Source: Glaucostegus cemiculus
Lineage: Eukaryota
Direction: 5' to 3'
NCBI GenBank assembly: GCA_976551045.1
Contig: CDPCPM010000060.1
Coordinates: 3,658,001 to 3,722,000, forward strand
DNA: 64,000 bases
Made by a program: the position numbers and the translations under genes. This document shows positions 53,675-64,000 of the stretch, piece by piece (position 1 is the stretch's first letter; each line of letters opens with the position of its first letter). Below the pieces are notes generated by a model. That model did not search any database. It was not told where the DNA came from and was given only the letters and a program-made list of their open reading frames with translations.

Positions 53675-53945
53675 AAGGTCCTTGCATTTGTAAAGCACTT
53701 GAACATATGAAGTGCTTTGCAAATAATTAATTAATTTTAAAGTGTCACTGTAGTTTGGTAGGTTATAACTTGGACACAGAAAGGACCCACAAACAAAAAA
53801 ATGTGATCAGTGATGAAATAATTTGTTCCAATGGAGTTGTTTGTAGGATGAATGCTAATTGGAACACTGGAAAGCAATTTGATTTCATTCAAGTAGTGTT
53901 AAGTGATCATTTACAACACCTGTCCACATGAGACTTCGATTTAAA
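53675..53945 (-). mobile_element. Deu-domain SINE 3' half, highly decayed
   Basis: agtgctttgcaaataattaattaattttaaagtgtcactgtag...cacagaaaggacccacaaac. Confidence 0.5.
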
Positions 53946-54124
53946 TTTTTTATCGTCGACGACATTGATGAAACAGCATTACCAAAATTTAGCTCTGTCA
54001 ATGCTATGAAAATTGTTCATGAACAGTAGCCCTGAAAGTGAGATTATTATTTTTCATTGCAAATTTTTCATGGCTTGTCAAGTCCATATCTACACATGAG
54101 AGCAATCCAGCAAAACCCACACCT

Positions 54125-54478
54125 TCACCCTAACCCCATAATCTGCATGTTCTTTCCTTTCAGAGAATATCCAGCTCTCTTTTGAATATTTTAATTGAAT
54201 CCATGTCCATCATTGCCCCAGCAGTGCTTTCCAGATCCTAACCTTCACCACAAAACAAGCTTTTCCTTGTTTTTGCTTTTGTCTGATTAATCCTCTTCAT
54301 TCTCTGTCCCCTTGTTCTTGAACTTTCTGACAATGAGAATAGTTTCTCTCTGTCTATACCCTTCAGGATTTGAAACACCTCCATCAGATCCCCTTGCAAT
54401 CATCTCTGTTCCAAAGAGAGCAGCCCCAGCTTCTCCAGTTTGTCCACGTAACTAAAGTCACTCATCCCTGGATCACTC
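54125..54478 (-). mobile_element. CR1-type LINE 3' fragment
   Basis: cagtgctttccagatcctaacc...catctctgttccaaagagagcagccccagcttctccagtttg (KLEKLGLLSLEQR on the - strand). Confidence 0.7.
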
Positions 54479-54789
54479 TCTTTAGAGACTTCTGAATTTC
54501 AAACTTCTAGAATTCAAGAGTACTGCCACAAGGTTGAGGTGGTACTCTAACTGAATTATCAGCAGTAAATCCGTTACTGAACAAGTAAATTTCATACTGG
54601 TTACATCATAATTGAAACTGTGTCATTGGCAAGGTTGCAATACATATTTGAAAGAGCTAGAGGAAATAGGGGTCATTGACCTAAAGTATAACCAAGTCTT
54701 GTCCCAGTGACAAGACTTCTGCCTCAAATGAGAGAAGCGGAGAGTTGCATTGGCAGTTCTGAGACAGACAACAGTTTTTGTGTGTCATT

Positions 54790-56146
54790 GATCAGAATCA
54801 GAATCAGTTTTATTGTCACTACTATATACACATTCAGTATGCACAGGAGCAAAATACCATACTCCACAGATCAAGGTGCTCGTCACATTAAAAAAAACAA
54901 TGAGAGACACAAAGACAGAAAGACATTAACAACATCGGAACCACAAAATTAAATTAAATAGTGACTCAAATAAACAATCTTAAAGTGAGCGTACTGAGGC
55001 AGCAGACAACAGACATTTAAAGTGCTGGTGCATTTCTGTACACCTAGCATCCTTTGGAGTTGGCGGGAGGGATGGAGGGATGAGGGAGTTCATGGTTCTG
55101 ATAGCTTGTGGGAAAAAGCTATTGCACAGTCTGGTAGTCCTTGCCCAGATGCACTGGAGCCGTCTTCCGGATGGCAAGAGTGTAAAGAGGTGGTAGGAGG
55201 GGTGAGAAGGGTCCGACATTATGATTGTGACCTTTGACATATTGGTCCTTATCGATCCTATCGGCAATAGAGGGTAGAGAGACACCTATGATCTTCTCTG
55301 CTGCTCTCACTATTCTCTGAAGGGACTTCCGTCCAGCAGCTGAGCAGCTTCCATACCAGATAGCGATGCAGTGTGTCAGGATACTCTCAGTGGTCCCTCT
55401 ATAAAAAGTTTTCATAATAGGAGGATGGGAGTTCACTTTCCTCAATCTCCGCAGGCAGTAGCGGCGTTTCTGGGCTTTCTTGGTGAGGGCTGTGGTATTA
55501 ATGGACCAGTTCAGGTCATCAGCGATGTGAACCCCCAGGAACTTGGTGCTGCTGACTTGTTCCACCGCAGACCCGTTGATGGTCAGCGGGGCGTGCACAC
55601 GGCGACCTTTCCTGAAATCCACTACCATCTCCTTATTTTTTTCCATGTTCAGGGAGAGGTTGTTGTTGCTGCACCACATGGCCAGTTGCTTTACCTCTTC
55701 TCTATAGTTTGTTTCATCATTTTTCATGACGAGATCCACCACTGTCATGTCGTCAGCGAATTTAACAACGTGGTTGGAACAGGATCTGGCCACGCAGTCG
55801 TAAGTCAGCAGGGTGAACAGGAGTGGGCTGAGCACACAGCCCTGAGGGGAGCCAGTGCTCAGTGTGATGGTGCTCAAGGATTTTTCTCCTATTTTGATTG
55901 ACTGCGGCCTGCAAGTGAGAAAGTCCAGTATCCAGTTGCAGAGAGGTGTGTTAAAGCCCAGTGTGCTCAACTTCCCGATCAGCTGTTGTGGGATGATGGT
56001 GTTGAATGCGGAGCTGAAGTCGATGAACAGCAGTCTGACATATATATCTTTCTTTTCCAAGTGGGATAGCGCTGAGTGCAGGGCAGAGGATACTGCATCA
56101 TCTGTAGACCTGTTTGCCCAATATGCATATTGATAGGGATCCATGG
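54790..56146 (-). mobile_element. 5'-truncated Rex1/Babar LINE with largely intact reverse transcriptase domain
   Basis: ORF 55119-56204 has [36 protein letters not shown] and KFLGVHI. A frameshift lies near 55225. Tail (ctgatt)n with aataaa. Possible ttgat TSD (54788-54792, 56147-56151). Confidence 0.95.
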
Positions 56147-58197
56147 TTGATAAACTATCCTCATTGCCTTGAGAAGCTGATGGGCTTCTTTCATGAACCA
56201 TCATAGTCCTTGTGGAGATTATGCTCCTACAATAGCAGTAGGTAGAGAATTTGTATTGGAATCTATGCAGAATTAAATACTGCCCACTCAGTTCTTTCCA
56301 GGAATTTGCACAACACAGTCTACAATATTCACTAAAGAAACATATTCTGCAGTGACATCACTGATCTTACAATGGAACTTTACATTGCAATCTTGTAAGG
56401 TTCTGGAACTCATTAACCATTTGGAAGAAGCATGAAGGTTGGAAAAAGTAGCAGTAATTATGCTATTTTGCTACAGGATCCTTAGACAGCAAGGTCAATG
56501 GATAAGAAAATTGGGTGTGAGATAATTTGTTGTCAATCTGTAATAAGTAATTTGCCAATATTGTTCACCCTTATTATATCTGAGGTAAATTCAAGCACTG
56601 TCAAGTTAAGTACCAAACTTTTCCCAAACTAACCATCAGTAGATGTAATAGCTGACTGATCTGACATTTGGCAACATATCTTCAAGTTAACCCTAGTGAA
56701 AGTCAAGAAACCCTAAAACAGGAAGTAGGTCAATGGGAGGAGGTAAAAATGAAGCATACACATTTTTCATGAGGCTGACATCTAGGCAGTCCTGGATAAG
56801 GTGTTTTAAGGAGATAAAGACAGCCAGATCTACATATGAAAGGGAACTTCAGGAAAGTGTCCTGTACAGCACGTAGAGAGATTTTGCGCAGATTGCTTGC
56901 AAAGAATCCAGGCAGTATTTATGGAGAGGATGCAGGAATACCACTGGATTTGATTGTCAAAGGCAGTGTAGGTAGTATACCACAGAAAAGATATTTGCAC
57001 AGTTTTCATGCCTCAAAAAATAAAAATCTTTATTCTGATGCCATATTTTATGGGAAATGACTGACAGGTTCAGGACCATTGTTTCTCTTTCCACCTTCTT
57101 CATCCCTTTGCCAAAAGGCACTATTTCACACTGAGCCAGAGTTTAAAAGGCTCTGGATGCCCTCTGGTACTTCATCCAGCTGAGCATTTATCATGAGCAA
57201 GTCTTGACAGGAAGTGTTGACTGACTAGTTTTACATGAGGGAATCATAACTTAGCCTAACTCAGTTCCCATACAGCATGCACACTTGCCAACAGAAATCA
57301 TTAGACAGCAATGAATGATATTTTTCTGTTCACTTGCTTAGGAGTGCTGATTCCTCAGCTGCTTCCCCAGCCAAGGTCAGCTAAAGCTGCTTTAATATTT
57401 TAGCACCATTAAGGGGCAACAGTTTTGCTAAGGGTCTCATTGTATTACTTCTCTCCTTTCTGCACTTCTTCCTGACACCAACCTCTCAGACACCATATAG
57501 AAAAGAACTGCCAAGTTTTGGTGATGGTTCTCAAAAACTTATAAAAAACAATTCTACATCACCAGCAGAACAAGGTAAATGATACTAACCACCCGCATCA
57601 ATGAAAGAAGCATATACTTTTCATCAGCTGCAATCATAAAGTGTAAAATTGGCTTAACCAGCACAAACTGGATCTTTTTTTCTGGCCCCAGGTAACTACG
57701 TTGCCAATCTGAGCTACCAAAGTAGACTAGAGTATGTAAAGATTTATACAACATAATATATTGTTCTTTTGATTAAATTCATTCCATCTTATAGGGAAAT
57801 ATTGGCTGGAATGTTGCACACAAATAATAAATGTTTTTTTTTTATATTTAGTATTCAGGGTATAATCAAAATGTATTTTCCAGTCAAATAGCCAGGAGAT
57901 TCACAAAAAGTATGAAGTGTCTCACTAAGCCAAATTACCTTGGGTCTGGAACTAAGTGTCCATGCCGTCCCGTGGAATTAAGCCCCAAACTTGCACAAAT
58001 CTGTTGTAAGCTCAGGACTTCCTGAGTGACGGCTTCCATCACTTCGTTCCCTTACTGGATTCCTCAGAGACTCCAATACTGTCTTGCTGGGATTCTCTGT
58101 CTTTCTTGTCCTACACTAGGTGTAACTGGTATAGGATCAGAGCCCATTCATTTCATGGGATTCATAAACTATAATAAATTGCCACACAGGCTTTGAC

Positions 58198-58491
58198 ATA
58201 AGATAAGATATCTTTATTAGTCACATGTACATCGAAACGCATAGTGAAATGCATCTTTGCATAGAATGTTCTCGGGGCAGTCCGCAAGTGTCTCCACACT
58301 TCTGGTGCCAACATAGCATGCCCACAACTTCCTAACCCGTACGTCTTTGGAATGTGGGGGGAAACCGGAGCACCCGGAGGAAACCCACGCAGTCATGGGG
58401 AGAACATACAAACTCCTTACAGACAGCTGCAGGAATTGAACCCAGGTTGCTGATGCTGTAATAGCGTTACACTAACCACTACACTACTGTG
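58198..58491 (-). mobile_element. tRNA-derived V-SINE, copy 5
   Basis: Full-length reverse complement of the family, with an (atctt)n tail. Confidence 0.92.
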
Positions 58492-58859
58492 TTCTGGGAC
58501 CAGCTTTGTCAAAGGCCATCAGAATGTTTCTGGGCAGAACCTCAGCAGTTCACCAGCTAAGGCCTAATTCAAACTCTTGCCTCACTTTGGCTCATAGTAT
58601 CAACAAGAACTTCCCTCTGCATCCTGCCCAGTCAAGCCCTGATAGATGAAGAGACAGAAGTGGAGAGTCTGGGAAGGGGGTGAGATCCAGCATAAGTTGG
58701 GCCACTGTAACAGTTCTTATAACCCTATGTGTTACTCTCCTGGTCCCTGCCAATGTTTTAATGTCTGCCTGAGGTGTGTGGTCTTGATGAATCATTTGAT
58801 CAATTCTCTTCTAAATTCCATGGAAATACTCATGACCTATTCAATGAGCAAAACAAAAT

Positions 58860-59230
58860 ACTGCATGTGCTGAGAACCTGAAATGAAAGCACAACATTTG
58901 AGAAATATTTGGCAGGTCATGTAGCATCTGTACCAGGAGAAACAAGAGTTAAATTTTGTAGGAAATGACTTATCAGCAGAAATGGATGTTATTAATGATT
59001 AGCAGGTTTCAAACAAGTGCTGAGCAATGTAAGGTGGGGGTGACTCTGCAGGTTGGTGGGGTGGATTAGGGAGCAGTCATTTGGTTGGGTTGTTGGCAAA
59101 TCTGGGGGTGGGAGAGTAGGACAAAGAGGTGGAGAAAACAAAAAAAGGACTATGTAGGTGGAAGAAGTTAAATCACAGTAGGAATGGTGGTGTAGGAGGA
59201 AAGGGGACATAAAAGATGAATGCCTCAACT
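58860..59230 (-). mobile_element. Old Penelope-like terminal repeat plus purine-rich internal region
   Basis: ggcaggtcatgtagcatctgtaccaggagaaacaagagtt resembles the left arm at 37350. Confidence 0.5.
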
Positions 59231-62229
59231 GGCACCAGGTGTAACTGGTAACGGGGTTTCCAGCTGACTACCTTACTGGATATTGGACATGGATCCCACT
59301 TCCAGAAGATAAAAGCTTATTCATGGACATAGTCTCTGGTATGGAGGATGAAGAAAATATCTGAGTATAAACCCACATATGTATTATTTAAGTTTTATTA
59401 TTTCATACCTTTTAAATATTTAAGTGTTTATTTTTCTGTGGTGGCATAAGATAAACGGCCTATCTAATTTACCCTTCCCAAAAAACATACAGGTCATGGG
59501 TGATTCACAACTCATCAGTTAGGTCATCCAGTCACAAGAGTCTAACCAGCTGCTTAAATAGGAAGAATTCTATTGAAGTGAGGTCACAATGACACAAAAC
59601 ATTAATATATAAAAAAGGAACATTTAGCTCCCTTTTAGCAGCTAATCCTGTTGATAAATATGGACCTTTGTTGCTCTATGGGACACTGGCCTCCAAATAT
59701 TTTGTTATGTGGTCAATAAACACTCTATTGCAAGTGAGATCTGCTGTTGAAAATCTCCAGTTCTTACTCTTTGGCATAACAAGCTTCAGGCATTGTTTTG
59801 CAAAGTGCTTTGGAGTAGATTCTCACTTTCACCTCCTGGTGGGGTACAGAAAGTTTACACCCACCATTCAGAACCACCAAATAACTTCTTCTGTTCATCA
59901 ATTGTAAGGAAGATCAGGAGCTTTCTATTACTGGTGGGCATTGTCAGCTTTTCTCTTGCACTTCCCATTTTTGGCATTCACTATCTGTTTAGCCCAGAGT
60001 GCAGGTGAGTAGGTGTTATTTTTATCCTGTTTCATTGATAAATGCTAGCACCGGAAAACTATATTCACTGGGCTTTAGCAAATGAAGCTCTCTAACAAGC
60101 ATAAAAAAAACAGTTTAGCAGATTTTATACCTCCAGCAATGAAACAGCATAAGAGTCTTCCTTCCTCCACTCCCCTTCTCCTCTGCCACTTCATCGGATT
60201 AACTTATTACGATGAGTGCTGCTGAATTTCATATTTATTACAATTCTTGATCTGAGACAGAAACATGAGCTTTAATCAGAAAGTCAGAACAAACTGAAAC
60301 ATCTCGTGTAAGGTCATTTTTATTTGAGCTTAATACTCTGATATTGGAGCATGTATATTGTGCTGTTATTTTCATGTCACGAATCCTCCCAGTCGGCATC
60401 TCAGGAAGAGATGATTTAAAGCCCCTTAAGAAAAATTTTAATTACTCTCCCGGCCAGTTTATTTGCATTGCAGGCTTGATGACGAGTGTCACACAGGGTA
60501 ACACTCTGACTGACTGCTACAGATGCTGAGTCTCAAGTACTCTGAGTCAGATCTTTACTGTGGGTCTACTGGGACAAACAATAGCACCTGTTCCTCACAA
60601 GAAATCAGACCAGTTAGTCCATTCATGTATCTTTAATGAAGCTCTGGGGCAGATGGCAAAAAAAGAGGGAAAAAAATTGCATCATACACCACTAACTGCT
60701 GCTGAGACAAAGGAGAAAGCGCTGTCTGTGCAACAATGTGCTATTTTTACGAGCAGCGAAGAGACAGTGTAGAAGTGTTCCAATGGCATCTGTTACTCTT
60801 CTATCTTTCAGTTGGGTGTTGAAAGCATTTGTTCGAGCAATTAAAAATTTCTGGGCATGCCGCCGATTGCTGGGTTGAAACACTTACTATAAAATGTATG
60901 GGAGAAAGGGTATTAGGGGTGTAGAAGTGGGAGGGGGGGCGGGGAACTGGTCTCCTTTCCTCCATTAGGGAAAGGCAAGGGAGGGTAAATTAGATCTGTC
61001 AAGAAAGACTTTAATTTGCTTGCTTTGGAGTGCTTGTAAGCTTACCTCAGCTAAAATCTGAAAGGAAAGAATCAAGACAAAAAAAAACAGCAAGCAAAAG
61101 CTGGCTTATTTCATGCCCCAGTGATGTGGTGGTAATTGCAAGAAAACTCTCTTTTTATTGCATGCTGGTTTAATGGAGAAATTCATTCAAACCGAATTTG
61201 GTAAGGTGTTTAATTTTTCTGCGCCCTTTATTAACCTCAGCTCCCAGAGCTTTCCTGTGCAGAAAAGGTTCATTGACAAGTTAAAACCCCTGCTAAACAT
61301 TTTATTTTATTATTCCTCCCCCAGCACCACCACAACTAACACTAGTACCTGAGGCTCCAGCATTACAGTTTATCTCATTCATGACTAACTGCATGATCAT
61401 TGATGTTACAGCTCATTGCAGAATCGGCAACCCAGTACAGATTGCCCTCCAAACTGCACTAGTTTTCACAAGTTTTTTTTTGCTCAAGCTTATGCTGAAC
61501 TCATTTGCATAGCATTGAATGTAAGAGCTTGCATGATTCCAGTGCAATCAGATATGGAAGGAATTAGACATGTTTCAATGGACTACATGGCAATTCCAAT
61601 GAAGGCATAAAACACAACAGTAAAATAAAGCAGAGCATCAAATTGGATTAGCACCTTTAATTAACATTGAATTTTTATTTCATTTTCATTGGCATTTCAA
61701 GCTGAGTGTAAAGTCCTAACATGAATCAATTCTGTAATATAGAACTGAAAAATATAACAAATCACAAGACAGTGTAGGCTATTGCTAGTAATAGATTAGA
61801 GGGAAATTCCCCTTCTTGAATATACTATGCGGCTACTTTTAACCAAAGATAAAAGCCATAATACTGACATGCTTGAAAGGGAAATTCCAGACATCATCTC
61901 AAAATATCAGCTCTAATTAGTTGGTATTTGTTGTCAGTTCCAAGATAAACACCTCTTGTGATGCTGCCTTTGAAATGAAAACCAGAAGAAACATTTAAAT
62001 AGTTAAAAATTACATAGTCAGAAACACTTTGTCCTTTTTATTTTTCAGTGTGATTAGCAGGTTCATGAGTTGGCCTGCTATTTTAGATGCAGTGAGGAGT
62101 AGGGGGTGATGGCAAGTGGTGGAGGAGTGCTGGGACAAATTAAAGAGAAATGAATGGCTTTGTGAAGTTGGTGCATATCTGAAGGAAGAATCAGTAGATT
62201 CCTGCTTGACCTACCTCAGTGATACCATT

Positions 62230-62358
62230 CCGATGAAAGGACTTCAATCTGAAACACTAACTGTTTCTCTCTCCACAGATGCTGTCTAAACTAGTTGGTA
62301 TCTCCAGCATTTTATGTTTTTATTTCAGATTTCCAGCATTTGCAGGCTTTTGCTTTTC
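62230..62358 (+). mobile_element. Penelope-like terminal repeat fragment between ~80-bp direct repeats
   Basis: ccgatgaaaggacttcaatctgaaac...tgtttctctctccacagatgctg...ttatttcagatttccagcatttgcag. Confidence 0.75.
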
Positions 62359-62489
62359 AAAACAAGTGAATGGGTCTGTGAAGCTGGTTGGTATTATCTG
62401 AAGAAAGAATCAAAAGATTCCTGGATGACCTACCCCAGTGTAACCATTATGGGTCCATCCACTGTCAAGATGGAACAGCAGATTAAATT

Positions 62490-62820
62490 TTAATTTCATT
62501 CACCCCCTCGACCATGTTTGCAGCATATCACTACAATTTCTTCAACAGTGCTTCTCAAACTTGCAACCTCTAAACATAGTTGAGCAAGGGCAGTCCGGAA
62601 ATTGGAGTAGCATCAGCATCTTTCACCCCAAGTCATATTATTATGACTTGGAAATATATCAATATTAATCACTGCTAGATCAAAATCAGAGAACTGCCTA
62701 CTTAGGATCACGCTGGGATAAGAGCACAAGCACCTCAGTGGTTCAAGGTGGCTCATTACCATCCTCTCAAAGGCAGTTAAGGATGAATATTAAACAATGA
62801 CTTTCTTTTTGGCAACCATA
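62490..62820 (+). mobile_element. Decayed CR1/L2-group LINE 3' fragment
   Basis: tgacttggaaatatatc...cactgctagatcaaaatc...gtggttcaaggtggctcattaccatcctctcaaaggcagttaaggatg. The tail resembles that of the SINE at 31120. Confidence 0.5.
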
Positions 62821-64000
62821 TCCTACCAGAAGACAATTGATCTTTAAGCTATTATCTTTATGCTCCTCCTAAAAAATTTTCCCTTTTCTCATTGCATTCC
62901 ATTTGAAAATACATTGGTTATTCAATGGGCCCTCAGGCATACAAGGCGGTGTCAGCTGATATAATCAAGTACATCAATTCCTGATTTTCATGTGTGCACC
63001 AGGGAACGGTAGAAAATAAAGACCCAATGCTTAGCAAGGGCTTTGGGTGGAGAATTACAGAGCACATCTCTTTGGAGCTCTTGCATGTAACATTTTAAAG
63101 GCCAGATGAAATGCTGGAGGATTGAGAGGTCATCTTCCATCCTTCTCAACTATGAGGAAACACTGCATGATTCACAAAGATATAAAGGAATATAAATGGA
63201 ATCAACATTCTGGGCACAGACTTAGTTTGCAGAAGTTGTTTTTTCTGCTCAAGCTTCTGCACAGATATTTGCACCTTGATAAATGTAAATATAAATCTTC
63301 TCTAATTCCATGATTCTAGTGCCTTTGGTGTAGGACTTAGAACCAAAACAAAATCAAATTAAGACATACTTGAAAGTAGTAATCTGGTGCAGTGTTATTA
63401 ATACAGTGAAATTCGATTTATCATACAAAAAACAACCCTCCTCAACTGGCAGTTCAGTAGGGATCTATTGGCTGCTGAGTGTGCATTATCAATGTGTAAA
63501 TGTAAATTCTTCCCTTTAGTTGAATGGGGTTAAATGAAATTATTATTTTATATTTTTCCCAGTATTTGTTATAATTTTTTAAATGTTATCCAACTGTTTC
63601 TAAATGTCTTTGATCATCAGCAACTGTAAAGGCCTTTGATAGCATGAGCTGTAATCAGGAAGGTCTGTGGATAGAATCATAGTTTCTGCCTGCCACCTGC
63701 AACCTTGTCACCGCAGGCTGCTCGCTGCGCCTTGTGGAAGCTACAGTGGCTATGCTGGCAGGATGTTGTGAACCACATAGTGGCAAAAGGTAAGTGTGAC
63801 TGTGAGTGGTAAGCATGAGGCTTGGGCCCAGGCATGTGGAATCCAGTCTGGTGTCTAGTCCATCAGCTGTGATTAGTCCTGTATTAAATGACTGAAAAGG
63901 AGAACTACTTAATGGTTGCATTGATGGAACAAAGTCAGAGTCTTGGTAAAGTATAAAATAGAAAGCTTTAAAAAGGTGACTGCTTGTTTCCATCCACCTA

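Noticed and set aside
55371-55901. 176-aa + strand ORF
   Set aside because: Antisense shadow of the Rex1 RT frame.
58118-59250. Shared 14-mer aggtgtaactggta at 58118 and 59237
   Set aside because: Too short, with no extended flanking similarity. Chance or an ancient repeat remnant.

Overview
Eukaryotic, AT-rich vertebrate genomic DNA, almost certainly from a cartilaginous fish (shark or ray) judging by the repeat families. The whole window lies inside a SoxD gene on the + strand, most likely SOX6, with SOX5 not excluded. Only two coding exons are visible, 15851-16023 and 22258-22326, which encode the leucine-zipper/Q-box coiled coil. The rest is intron containing V-domain tRNA-SINEs, Deu-domain SINEs, Rex1/Babar, CR1, L2 and RTE LINE fragments, Penelope-like terminal repeats with decayed minimal hammerhead motifs, microsatellites and repeat-poor stretches that may be conserved enhancers. 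I see no convincing new multi-gene system. The best leads are two frame-preserving microexon candidates (6 and 12 nt), hammerhead-bearing Penelope repeats in fold-back arrangements (one with an ~80-bp flanking duplication), SINE tail swapping between LINE partners, inverted SINEs around the exons (circRNA geometry), and a perfect 27-bp inverted repeat around a microsatellite. Repeat family names come from recalled consensus similarity, not a database search, and repeat boundaries are approximate.
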